A stretch of DNA of 64,000 bases. Source: Cyanophora paradoxa CCMP329 (lineage: Eukaryota; Plantae; Glaucophyta). Positions 48,417 through 60,700 of this stretch are shown in pieces (position 1 is the stretch's first letter; each line of letters starts with the position of its first letter). The position numbers and the translations under genes are program-made. The notes below the pieces were generated by a model. That model saw nothing but the letters and a program-made list of their open reading frames with translations. It made no database searches and was not told the origin of the DNA. The stretch spans positions 124,001 to 188,000 of the forward strand of contig QPMI01000138.1 of the NCBI GenBank assembly GCA_004431415.1, given 5' to 3'.

Positions 48417-50053
48417 TTGAACTAAGCTTCCCGCTAGCGTTTCAGATTTGATCTGACGTTCCCCCTCAGGCGCGGGAGGCGGCGCTGCGGTGGCGGACGC
48501 GGCTGACGGAGCGGCTGCTGCGGGCGATCCTCCCCGAGGCCATCATTCCCCGCCTCCTCGCCCGCCCGGGGCCCGTCGCCTCCTACATCCCCTCCGCCAC
48601 CATCCTGTGCGCCCGCGCGCGCCCCCGCCCCGCCCTCGTACGCCCCGCTCTCCATCCGAGTCTGACCGGCGCCGCCCCCGGCCTCAGGTTCGCTGACATC
48701 GTGCGCCCCCGCGCCGCGCGGGGCTCCCGCCCCCGACCCCCGACCCCCGACCCCCGCCCCCCGCGCGCGCCAGGTCGGCTTCACGCGCCTCGCCGGCGAG
48801 GTCGAGGCCCCCGAGCTCGTCGAGGCGCGCGCGTAGCCCCGGCCTTCAGATCTCGGCTTCGGTCTCGAGTCCCGCGGCAGATGCTGGGCCTGCTCTTCGG
48901 GGTCTTCGACCGCCTCTGCGCCCACTTCCGCGTTGAAAAGATCAAGACGGCGCGCGCGCCCTCCCGCAGGCGGCAGCCCCAGGCCTCCTCCCTGATCACG
49001 AGAGGGGCGGGGCGGGGCGGGCAGATCGGGGACGCGTTTATGGCGGCGAGCGGGGTGCCGGAGCCCCGCGAGGACCACGCGGCGGCCGCCGTCGAGCTCG
49101 CGTGGTCCATGGCCGCCGCCCTCGACCACTTCAACGCCGTCCGCCCCGCCCGCCCCGCCCGCCCCCTTCGGCGCGGCCCGCTGAGGCCTGGGCCCAGGTG
49201 GGGCTCTGCGGGCGCCTGCCCCCCATCCGCATCCGCATCGGCCTCCACTCCGGCCCCGTCGTCGGCGGCGTCATCGTGCGCGCGCGTACCCCTAGCGCTA
49301 GCCCGCCCCAGGGCCGGGCCCTAGGCCTACGCCTCACCCTCCTGTGCCCCTGCCTCAGGGCGAGAGCAAGCTGCAGTACGACCTCTGGGGCGACACGGTA
49401 CCCCTCCCCGTCCCCCGTGCTCTCTCGCCTCTCAAACGTCGGTACCCCGCCCCGCTCAGGTGAACATCGCGAGCCGCATGGAGAGCCACGGCGTCGCCGG
49501 CCGCATCCAGGTGCGCCCCTTCCCCGCGCTCGTGCCCGTACCCCTCTCACTTCTCCCCCTCGAACTCAGGTCTCGGGGGCGACACGGGCGCTAGCCGGGG
49601 ACGGGTTCGAGTGGGAGGCCCGCCCCGAGCCCGTCGCCATCAAGGCGCGCGTACCCCTACCCTCTATATCCATCCCTGCTCGTACCCCGCCCCACTCCTG
49701 ATCGCTTGGGGACGGGGCAGGGGAAGGACGAGCCGGTGCAGACGTTCCTGCTGGCGGGGCGGCGGTCCGGGGCCGGGGTGGGGGGCCCCCCGCCCGCCCT
49801 CGATGTCGTCCCCTTCTTCGACACGTCCGCGCCCCCACCCGCTCCCCGCCCCGTCCCTGTACCCCTCGTACTAGCCTTGACTGGCGGGCGGGCGGGCGGG
49901 CGGGGCAGGGGGCGGTACCGGCCGGGGTCGATCGTGGAGATGTGCCGGGTGCCGCTGGACGGGGAGGGGCGGCCCCTCGGCATGCGCTACAGCGCCTCCT
50001 CCAGCTCCTTCCTCCCCCTCGAGCGCCCCGCCCCGCCCCCCGCCGGGCACTAG
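45751..50053 (+). CDS. Soluble GAF-domain class III adenylyl cyclase (multi-exon)
   Basis: GAF: SFCAHAIL, VVEDAQADWRF..PMV.GPPHIR|FYAGAPL..GHRLGTL. A second GAF-like segment follows. Cyclase: FADI|VGFT, EKIKT|IGDAFMA, RIGLHSGPV, QYDLWGDT|VNIASRMES. The K and D specificity residues indicate ATP. Confidence 0.9.
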
Positions 50054-50990
50054 CATCGGCACGTAGTCAATCGCGATCGGTAGTTAATGAACTAGTAATT
50101 AGAACGATCTCGGCACCCTGCATGGTCCCGGTACCTGTCTACCGATATCGATTATGATTGCTGCACTTCGAATTCAAACTCATGATCATATATAGAAATA
50201 TTAATATGCATATGATCATGATCAACACCTAAATGCATATGCATATGTACACAGACTCTCCGATTCTGACAGGCAGATCTAGCTATAGAGGCTCGAGCTC
50301 GGATCTAGAGCCTCGGAGATATATATGCAGCTGCCAATGTACATATGCATTGCTGCTTGAATAATTGAATTTGCCAACGATACTTACTCTACTAGGCTAC
50401 ACAGTACGAGCTCTAGATCTTACAGATACACGTACTGTCACGCTGCGAAATTTTACACTGCCACGCTGCGAAATTTTACACGTACGCTGAAATAAGCTTT
50501 AAGGATAATAACATATCATAATAAAGCTGGTACTTCATGCTGATTCATGAAGATAAGGTGTCACGGTGCAGCTGCTGCATGCGCAGCGTGCGCTGCATCG
50601 ATATCGCATATTTATACGTACGTATACGCGATGTTCATGAATCAAGGAATTGAAATCATGAATGAGAATCGACATGTACAGTCGATGATCAAGGATCGAC
50701 CTGCCCATGTGAAAACTAGTACTATTACTGTTTCCTGTCCATTAAAGGTTACTAAGAGTACTGCAGCGAACTAAAAGCGCTAGCGTTGCGAAAAGAAGAA
50801 ATTAAAGAAGAAAAGAAACGAATGAAGGAAAGAAGCTTTAAGGCAGACGCCGACAGATCATGAAATTGCTCTAGATCTACACCAAGCACTATCCAGAACC
50901 ATCGCAATGGTAATGCATATGGTATTGCCTCTGGATCTCCGGTCCGGGCGTTGGGCCGCGGTGCGGCTGGACATGTACACATGTACATCG

Positions 50991-53309
50991 CTACGCGCAC
51001 ATGTGCGCCTCCTCGTCGCCGGCGCTGAGGGCGCGGCGGATGCGGAGGAGGCGCCCCATGCGGTTGTTCAGCGCGAAGCGGCGCAGCGCCATGGGGCCCT
51101 CGCCGCCGCCGCCGCCCTCCGCCCCGCCCCGCGGCGCCTCGCGGTCGCCGGCCCCGGGCCCGCACCCGCACCCCGATGCTCCTTTGCGCCCCCGCGATTT
51201 CCGTTCGAGTCCGCCCTCCGGATCCTTCCCCTCGAGATCCGATCCCGAGTCTGCCATGCCCTCGCATCAGATCTAGAGAGGCCGGCGGAAGCTTAAGGGC
51301 GCGGGCGGGGCGGGGCGGACCGGAGGAGGCGGCGCGGCGGCGCTCGAGGGCCTCGGCGGCGAGGGCGCTGAGGAGCTGGAGCACCTCGTTGCCCTGCGAG
51401 CTGCAGCAGCCGACCTTGACGTCTGCCCGCCCCCCCGCCCAAGCCAGTCAGCTCGGGCTCGCGAATTTGGAGCCCTCGCCTCCGCAATCGCAGCCCAAAG
51501 AGTCCGGCGCGCACCGAACCAAGGCTTGATGGAGGCGGCCGGGCGGAAGCGCGCGGCCGGGCCTCCGGACGGGGCGGGCGACGCGTACGGCGAGGGGCGC
51601 GGGGCGGGGCGGACGACGAGGGCGGCGAGGCAGGCGAGGAAGACGGTCTCGAGGTCGTCGAGGAGGCCGGCCTCGGCGGCGAGCAGGCGCATCCCGACGG
51701 CGATCTTGCGCTCGGCGACGTCCAGCGCCCAGTTGCGGGCGACCTGCACCAGCGCACGCTCGAAGTCCGCCCGCGCCATGAACGGACGCCCCTGCGAGTC
51801 CGCCGCCTGCGACCCGTCGCCAACGTTAACGTTCACGCCGCCGCCTCAGGCCTCGAGATCGACTTTCGGGGAGGCGGGGTCGAAATCGACGTCGATTTCG
51901 GAGGGGCGCACCCAGTTCTGCTTCGCGAGGGCGCGGCCGCCGCCCAGATCCCACGGGGTGCCGTCGGGGCAGAGGGCCCGGTGGAGGCACCTGCCGGCGA
52001 TCGCGATGGGGAGTGAGGACGGGGCGGGCCACGGGGTCTACATCTTGCGCTCGGGATTCAAAAACAAAGAGCGAGCGCACAGGTGAAAGAGCTGCGGGGT
52101 GATCACGACGCCCGCGATGCGTTCGGGACGGTGAGCGGGGCCGACGGGCGGGGCGGGGGCGGCGCGGGCCGGGCCGCGGGGGTGGGCACCTCGTAGTTGG
52201 AGTAGTCGAGGCGGACCGGCGCGGCCTCGCGATCCGAGTCGGGACCGCAGCTCGAAGAGGAGGGGCTCGCCGACGCGGCCGCCGGCATCCCCGGCGGCCG
52301 GCCGCCCGCCCGAGGCGGGCAGAAGTAGGGGCCCGCGCCGCTCGGCTTGCAAAAATTGTGGTGGGAGCTCGAGGGCCCGGGGGGGAGGATCCGGAGGCTG
52401 CCCGACGAGGAGGAAGAGGAGGAGAAAGAAGCGGAGGAGGAATTGGAGGCGGCGTCGACGTCGTCGCCGTCGTCGACCACCGACGCGAGCATTGCGCATG
52501 CGTTCCACAGCTGCGCGCCGGCACTCCGCGTCAGATCCGAGTGCACTCCGCGGAACCAATTGCAATCCGCCATCCATCGAATCAGGTGGGGGACAGCGCG
52601 TTGCGAGGGCATGGAGCTCGAGAAGGGGCGGGCCCTCGGAGGTCAAGGCCTATAGCTATTTTGAGTGCAACTTTGGCAGGCCTAGGGCGCCCGTTTGATC
52701 TTCGTAAAAGTTCTAGTGCGGGGTGGCATGGCACGAGCGGGGGTCGTAGAGGCGAGCACCTTGCCGATGATGTCGGAGGCGGAGGGCGGCGCGTCGGCGG
52801 AGTCGGCCATGGAGCCCGTGCTGCCGCGGCGGTGCGCGAGGCGGTCGGGCCTCGGAGGCCCGCAGCCGTCCTTCTCCGCGCGCCGGTTCGAGGTGCCGGT
52901 GCTGGTCAGCTCCCTTAGATCCAGGCACGACCGCGCCCCGCGCACATGCGCGATTCGCGACAGCTGCGACGAGCTGGACGCCAACCGGGCGCGCGAGCCT
53001 TGAAATTCGCTGGAATTCTCCTTCTCCGCCTCCGCCTCAAAATCTCGGGGCGAGCTCCATTGGGTCGCAGCTGCAGCACGGCCGTTTGAATTCGCGCCGG
53101 CGCCGGCCGAAAGCGACTGCAGCTGCGCGACGGGGTCGGCCGCGGGAGCGACGCCAGCAACGGCGCCGGCCTTGGAATTGACGCCAGCGGCAGCCGTTGC
53201 CGCGTTGATGGGCGGGAGGGAGATTGCGCGCAGCCGCTGTAGCTGCGCCGTCGCCCGCGCGTGAAGCTCGCGGATCTCCACCGGTACCGCATCCACCAAC
53301 TCGACTTCC
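50991..53309 (-). CDS. Hypothetical multi-exon protein (5' exon(s) upstream not resolved)
   Basis: Consecutive GC3-rich open segments with host-like splice signals. No family recognised. Confidence 0.5.
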
Positions 53310-54766
53310 TGCGCCGCATGCCCGCGTCAAATTCAAGACGGGCCACAAAAGTTCAAGGGCCTGCTTTCGGAAGAGCCTCATGATCATAAATGTAAGTGAA
53401 CAAATTTAAAGCCCGCGGCCGCGCGGCCGCGGCCGTCGAAATAGGCATCGAGTCAGAAAAGAATTTGTCGTCGCAAGAAGCGAACTATTTCAAGAAAGGC
53501 GTGGAATGGCCGACGTCGCAGGCAGAAATCAGACGCGCGCACGATTTTGACGGGCCCGCGGGCTGCCATGGGTGACTCGCATGCGGGAATAACCGTCGAT
53601 GATGCCGCCGCGCTCGCCGATCGCGAGGCGCGTGGTTCGCAATCTCCAATGCGAGGAGCACGTGCACCCGCGGCGCCGGCCAGTCGATTGCTGAGTGCTC
53701 GAGCGATCAGCTGCAACAAACGCGCCGCCGGCGCAGTTTTTCAGCTTTCAGCTGCTCCGGAGCTAAGAAGGCGCGCCAGGCGGCCGCCGGCCGGCGACCG
53801 CGAGCGCCTCCAGGTCTAGATAACAAACTTTCAAAGCCCATGGCCCAGTGGCCAGCGCGGACCGTGCAATCCTCTAAATCAGCAAGACCAAAATGGCAGC
53901 CCTCACCGCCGTAACGCAGTCTGGATAATGAGCAGACGCTCGACTTTCGGCTCCGCCTGAATTCTGTAAGCTCCGCCTGCGGGCCGCACGGTGTCGTGTC
54001 TCGCCTGAATTCGGCGATATCCGATGAGCCGCGGCCGCGCGGTGTCGTCTCTTCCGCAACTTAGCAAGCCGCGGCCTGGCTAGCGCATGCGGGCAAGCCT
54101 TGACTCGGTGATGATACTTTGAAAATTCGCAAGCCTGAAGGCTCGCAGCTGCAGCCGCTGAGTCGCAGGCCTAGGCTACTAGTATGTAGCTAGCAAACTA
54201 GCATAGTGCTCTACAGATAGTCGAGGCGGCAACTGCGGCGGCCGGCCGCGGCTCCTTGCTCCAACTTGCCGCGGATTTGGTTTGTATGGCGCGAAGATCC
54301 GCCGGTCCTAAAAACTCGTAGCGGCAGGCTGCAGCGGCCTGCCAGGCCTGCAGGCTGCAGCCTGCAGCTGGGCCTGAGCTGGCAGCTGCAGCAGGGCCAG
54401 TGCGCATGCAGCACTGTGCAGGCTGCAGCGCTAGGCTACCGGTAGCGTCCTGCCCGGCCACTGGCTGCCAGGCTGCTCGAGGCTGCAGGCTGCAGCTGGC
54501 TGCTCCCTCGTTTGATTGCGGTACCCCATGACCGGGGGAACTGTTATTGGTAGAAGCGGATCGGAACCTGCAGCTGATCATGAAAACGCACTTACCAATG
54601 AATTACCACACTTGTGCGTCATACGTGCACGCGCCGCGTACGAGTAAGTACACGTCGACGTGCGTGAACGTTTCATACGCGTACGTAAAATTAAACTTGC
54701 ATGAAACCTATTACGGTAAAAGCTAGCTATTACGGTAAAGCGTTTTAACCGCGGCGCAAGTTCCTA

Positions 54767-55010
54767 CTGTAAAACATGAAATCTCCGGCGGCACTTAATA
54801 TTCGCCACTAATTCGACATGGCCTCGCGGCGCCGAATATTTGAAACTGCCAAAATTGTGAAGATGTATGGCAGAACAGGGATCAATGTACCCGCCACCTA
54901 GGCGGATTCGCTGTGTTGCCGAAAATGATGCCGACGAACCACAATTTCAGCGCATTTTTCTGGTTTTGACGAAATAAAGTCACGCTGGATATATATTGCA
55001 TGTTTTACAG
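54767..55010. mobile_element. Tc1/mariner-pogo-like MITE (244 bp)
   Basis: TA|ctgtaaaacatg ... catgttttacag|TA. The TIR extends imperfectly to about 28 bp. Confidence 0.7.
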
Positions 55011-55330
55011 TAGTATAATTTCGTACCGGCCGCACTGCGCCGCCGCGGGCGGCGGGCGGTTCGATTCATGATCAGCGCGCGCTGTCGCGATCGTGCAGCG
55101 ACGTGCACGTACGTGGCGCCTGATGATAAAGGCCCTTCAACACGATTGGCCCTCAAGTGTTTTTAGCATGCGCATGAAAACCAGTGAGAATCCACCGTTT
55201 GCCTTGAAGACGAGAGTGCTTCTCGTCGACGCGAACACACTTCAACATGTACACAGTCCCCGCCGAGTCGGCGCCGACGTCGAGTCGTCGACTCCCCGGA
55301 CTACACACGTGCAGCGTCGTGCACTTATAT

Positions 55331-55515
55331 TAGGGTTCAACGGTTGCCGAATTTCGGAAATTCGGATTTTCGGCACACGCGCGCGCCTGTTCTAGTCCGG
55401 CGGAAGCTTAAGTTCCCCTCCGCAACTTCGAGGAGTTCCGGAACTTGGGACCGGAAGTTCCGGAACTTCAAGGCTTTCGGCCGGGATCCGGAGTTTGGAG
55501 AACCGTTGAACTTTA
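55331..55515. mobile_element. hAT-like MITE remnant
   Basis: Imperfect TIR tagggttcaacggtt / aaccgttgaacttta, with many internal ttccgg/ccggaa subrepeats. No 8-bp TSD seen. Confidence 0.45.
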
Positions 55516-55707
55516 ATTTGGACGTCGACCCGGGGTCCCGGACTCGACGGTCTCGACCGTCCGTGATCATGACGGTCCGTCGAACTTTAATTATATAAGT
55601 TCAACTTGTTCAAGGCTAGCGCTACTACTGCTGCAGCAGTGCTGCTGCGCTAGCTAGTCACAGCGAACACTTAAGCTTTCGAATTTCGAATCCGAAGCTT
55701 TACTAAG

Positions 55708-55880
55708 TTTTTTTTTTTTTTTAGATCTACGGTGGGCGTGCCCACTCGTAGTACACAACGAGGATACAAGTCACGGTATCGGGAATCACAGGGATTCGAA
55801 GTACAACGTAGCGGAAACAGCAGGAACCGAACCCGGGAATCCGGGAGGTCGTAGCACGACCTTATACCACTGCGCTAAAA
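55708..55880 (-). mobile_element. tRNA-derived SINE, family B
   Basis: Minus strand: A box TAGCGCAGTGG, B box GGTTCGGTTCC, unique body, A15 tail. Confidence 0.65.
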
Positions 55881-55881
55881 G

Positions 55882-56082
55882 TTTTTTTTTTTTTGGTGAA
55901 TTACCGGCCACAGCCTCTAGTCTACTCCAGCACTGTGGGGGCGTGTACAGGCAAGGTGGGGCATGATCGATCGGAATTATGTGGAACGGGCGGGATTTGA
56001 AGGCGTGATTCTCATCGCAGGGCGATTCGAACACGGAAGGCATGCATCGGAAAGCGTGTATGATAACCACACCGCTATGAGC
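55882..56082 (-). mobile_element. tRNA-derived SINE, family A, copy 1
   Basis: A box TAGCGGTGTGG, B box GTTCGAATC, A13 tail. Flanked by the imperfect repeat gctaaaa(aa)gtt. Inverted near-copy of 56161-56357. Confidence 0.75.
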
Positions 56083-56160
56083 GGGGGCTAAAAAAGTTAA
56101 GAATTCGAATTCAAACTGAATATTAATATATTCATGGGGCCATCCTTCATGACTTCGGAA

Positions 56161-56357
56161 CTCATAGCGGTGTGGTTATCATACACGCTGTCTAATTCAT
56201 GCCTTCCGTGTTCGAATCGCCCTGCGATGAGAATCACGCCTTCGAATCCCGCCCGCTCCACATAATTCCGATCGATCATGTCCCACCTTGCCTGTATACG
56301 CCCCCGCAGTGCTGGAGTAGACTAGAGGCTGTGGCCGGTAATTCACCAAAAAAAAAA
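56161..56357 (+). mobile_element. tRNA-derived SINE, family A, copy 2, with TSD
   Basis: Same head and body as copy 1, A10 tail. TSD atgacttcggaa at 56149-56160 and again starting at 56357. Confidence 0.8.
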
Positions 56358-57713
56358 TGACTTCGGAACTTCGGAAGAACAGCCGTTTCTTAGTTCTAGA
56401 CTTCTAGTGAAAGAACAGCTATCGCTATACGGTTGCTACCGGTAGTTCTAGTGCACATGCTGCAGCTGTGTCCTTTAGCCTAGTTAGCTCTAGTACGTAT
56501 ATACATATATAGTGCTACTTCCGAGTTATTCTCGTGCTCGTTCTCCTTATCTCTTGAGTTCTCGCGATTGTGTCCCTCGTCGTGATCCCTAGCTCTTATG
56601 GATATGTTTTGCGATCTCGATTGCCTACGACTTCTTTGATTTGTGATTGCTTTAATTTGTCGATTTTCAATTTTTCTACCTACGGGGGGTTCGCCCTTAA
56701 GGCCTTCCGTAGTCTCTCAAAAAAATTCAAAAAGGCTTCAATTCTTGAATTGCTCAACCGAACAAACATGATTTTGAAACATGCCTTCATCGTGATGATC
56801 AAAAAAATACGATGATCGGCATTCCGAAGTTCGCAATCAATTGCAAATCCGGAAATTAAGCCCCCTTGCCTCAAACAAACAACTAGGCCCCCATCTGCAG
56901 TTCTAATTGCAAGCTTATAATTAAGTTATAATCCAAACAACTTCAAGCTTGCAAGTTGGCATCAATGTTGTTGGCAAGTGAGTCCCTTAACCCGCGGCCG
57001 GTCCCTGTCGACGTCGGACCCTGCAGAGAGACTTTGGGGAGAAAGGGGGCCCGGCGGCCTTCAACTTATGCCGCCTTGTGCCGCCTGCGGCCTTCAGCTT
57101 ACGCACGTGCGCATGCACGTGCTCAGGATCCGCCCGCCGGCGCGGCCGCAGCTCGACCGGGTACCGTCGGACCGCGGCCGAGTAAACGAGCGCTTCGCCT
57201 ATCTAGCTTCCTGCTGCGAGTCCTGCGCGATATATATACCGCCGGTCGGGCATCTCCATGCCTGTCCTCGGTATCTCAGACTCTTTCTTATTTTCTTATT
57301 GACTTTCTCTACGGTACGCAACGAAATCGATATCATAGTATCGCTCAGGGCGCTGCACGGCGCTCAGATCGCGAGTTTCCGGCTGGCAAATTTTCACGTG
57401 GGCGCGCACAGTTACTGCTCGAGGGCGTGCGTTATATCGGCACCGAGGCGTGCCGCCGTGATCCCCTTGCTCATATGCACCCGGGACCCGTGAAATATTT
57501 TGGATCACGGCTTTTTGGACTTCGGATCTGAAGTGCACCATATCCATCGCAAAGGCCCAGGCTAAGGGCCCTTCCTTACTCCGGCCCACCGGATCCAGGC
57601 CAACTTGCATTATCTGCCGCGCGACATCGAAGCCTCTTTTTGTTTTGAAACATCTGCTCACTGCCATTGCAAGCACACGAGCACGCAGCGCGAAAGCTGC
57701 ATCCAGAGAGGGG

Positions 57714-57757
57714 CCCGGGGCGCGGGGCGCGGGGCGCGGGGCGCGGGGCGCGGGGCG
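57714..57757. repeat. (GGGGCGC)n heptamer minisatellite in the SDA1 3' region
   Basis: About 6 tandem copies visible. Confidence 0.8.
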
Positions 57758-57785
57758 CCGGCGGGCGCTGCCGGGGCCGGGCCGG

Positions 57786-60700
57786 CTAGTGCTTGTACTT
57801 CTTGCGGCGGCGCATGGTGTCGATGTGCTTGCGCTTGGAGGCCTCCTTGTCGCGCATGGAGCGGACCTTCTTGTGCTTGACGGAGCGGGACTGCCGGATC
57901 ATCGCGTACGCCTTGGTCTTCTTCTTCTCCTCGTTCGACAGGCTCGCCCCCTCCGCCTTCTTCCGCCGCTTGCCACCAAACTTCTCCCGCCCCTCCCGCC
58001 CCGCCTGCCGCCCGCCGTGAGCGCCGGCGGCCCCGGGGCGCGGCGGGGCGGGGCGGGGGGTACGGGCGCACGTTGACGCTGGCCATGCGCTCCTCGAGCT
58101 CGCGGCGCTTGCGTTTCCTGTACCCCTCCAGGTCCCCGGCCTCGAGTACCTCCTCGTAGTCGACCCCGCGCGCCGCCGGCGCCTCCTCCGTGCTGCGGGG
58201 CGGTGGGAGGGTCGGCGGGGGTACACTGCACCCAAGGAGGGGGGTACGCCTCCTCCACGCACTCGGCGGAGGCGATGGCGTTGAGCTTCTTGCGGGAGTT
58301 GCCGGCGGCCTTCTCGAGCGCCGCCCGCGCCTTCAGCTGCCGCAGCCGCTCGAAGTCCTCTTGGTCCAGGATCTGGCCGGGGCGGGGGGGTCAGGCCGGG
58401 GGGCAGGGCATAGGAGGGTGGGGAGAAATCGGACCCGGACGGAGTCGAGACGGGGGCCGGAGGGCGTGGAGGAGGCGGAGGCGGGGGCGCCGGGGGCGGC
58501 CGCCCCCTTGGCCGCCGCCGCCGCCTCGCGCTTGGCCTTGAAGCGCGCCAGCCGCAGCGCTCGCTTCCGCTCCTGCCGCCTCTCCTTCTTGCTCCGCGCC
58601 GCCGCCCCGGCCGCCGGCCGCACGTCGTCGTCGTCGTCCTCCTCCTCCTCCTCTTCCTCCTCTTCCTCCTCCTCCTCCCCGCCGGACCCGCTGCCGCTGG
58701 CCTCCCCGCCGCTCTCGGCCCCCTCCTCCTCCTCCTCCTCCTCGTCCTCCTCCCCCCCCTGGCCCTCGCCTTCGCTGCTGCTGCTGCTCCCGTCGCTGCG
58801 CCCGCCCCGCGCGCGTCGGCACCCGGCCCTACCCTCCCCCTGGACACCGGTACCCCCGCACCTGACGCGGATGGCCTTCTTCCCCCCCACCTCCTCGTCG
58901 GAGACGTCTACCCAGCTGCCGCCCTCCTCCTCCCCCTCCTCCTCCTCCTCCTCCTTGTCCTCGCTGTCCAGGCTCGCGCTCTCCCACCTGCCGCCCGCCC
59001 GCGTCTGCCGGAGCCAGAGGCGCCCCCCTCGAGGCGCGCACCCGTCCTCCTCCCCGCCGCTGCCCTCCTCCTCGTCCTCCTCCTCCTCCTCGTCCTCGGT
59101 GGAGAGGCCCTGCTCCTTGCGGGCGGCGCGGCGGGCCTCCTTCTCCGCGCGGCGCTGCTCGCGGGCCTCCTCGCGCTGCCGGCGCGCCTCCTCCCGCTTC
59201 TTCAGGTCCTCCTCCAGCAGCTCCAGGCCCTCTACCGCCTCCGCCGCCCGCTGCTGCCCGAACTGCAGCGGCGCCTTGCTCATGTCCGCCGTCCGCCCCT
59301 GCCGGCCCGACACCCCCGCCCGCTCAGCCCCGCCCGAGGCTCCGCCCGACGGCGCGGCGGGGCGGGGCGCACGCGGTCGCGCTTGGCGAGGAGGTGCGGG
59401 TTGGCCTCACGGAAGGTCGCGATGAGCGAGCGCGCCGCCATCACCACGCCCTTGTCCCGCGCCGTCTTGTACTGCGACAGGTCCTGCCCGCCCCCGCGTG
59501 AGCCGCGGAGGGGGGTAGTGGGGGGTAAGGATGGCGGGGGGTACCTGGAGGAGGGTCTCGTTCATGACGAGGGGCATGCGGGCGCAGATCTCGCGGATCG
59601 TGTTCAGGCTGCCGGGGTACGTGGGCGAGGTGAGGGGTACGCAATCGAGACGCGGGGCGGGGTACGACCGCACCCGACGACGACCGCCTCGTCGGCGCAG
59701 CGGTCGGAGACAAAGTTGTCGACGATCGTCTGCGGGGTAAGGGCCGGCGTCAGGCGGGGTACAGAGCGGAGCAGGCGGCTGAGTACACTAGGAGGAAACT
59801 AGGAAACTGTCGGTGTATGATAAGTCACACGCTGCCCCACCGAACAGGGGCGCGTGCGTGCCATACGGCCGTTCCCTCTGCCCTCGTTGGAAATAAGAGG
59901 GGGGCGCCGCGCGGGCGACCCGCCCCTCCACAATTCGAGGGCGCAGCTAAGACCCAAGCCCGCTTAAGAGCCTATGAACGGAATGTCGGTGTATGATAAG
60001 TCACACGCTGCCCCACCGAGCAGGGGCGCGTGCGTGCCATACGGCCGTTCCCTCTGCCCTCGTTGGAAATAAGAGGGGGGCGCCGCGCGGGCGACCCGCC
60101 CCTCCACAATTCGAGGGCGCAGCTAAGACCTAAGCCCGCTTAAGAGCCTATGAACGGAATGTCGGTGTATGATAAGTCACACGCTGCCCCACCGAGCAGG
60201 GGCGCGTGCGTGCCATACGGCCGTTCCCTCTGCCCTCGTTGGAAATAAGAGGGGGGCGCCGCGCGGGCGACCCGCCCCTCCACAATTCGAGGGCGCAGCT
60301 AAGACCTAAGCCCGCTTAAGAGCCTATGAACGGAATGTCGGTGTATGATAAGTCACACGCTGCCCCACCGAGCAGGGGCGCGTGCGTGCCATACGGCCGT
60401 TCCCTCTGCCCTCGTTGGAAAAAAGAGGGGGGCGCCGCGCGGGCGACCCGCCCCTCCACAATTCGAGGGCGCAGCTAAGACCTAAGCCCGCTTAAGAGCC
60501 TATGAACGGAATGTCGGTGTATGATAAGTCACACGCTGCCCCACCGAGCAGGGGCGCGTGCGTGCCATACGGCCGTTCCCTCTGCCCTCGTTGGAAAAAA
60601 GAGGGGGGCGCCGCGGGGGCGACCCGCCCCTCCACAATTCGAGGGTGCGGAAAATGCTCTACCCCGGCTAGCTCACAGAGCCCCGGGCGGACCTTGACGA

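Noticed and set aside
55990-56235. Functional tRNA genes
   Set aside because: The anticodon and T arms do not pair properly and differ between copies. The downstream body, poly-A tail and TSD indicate SINEs.
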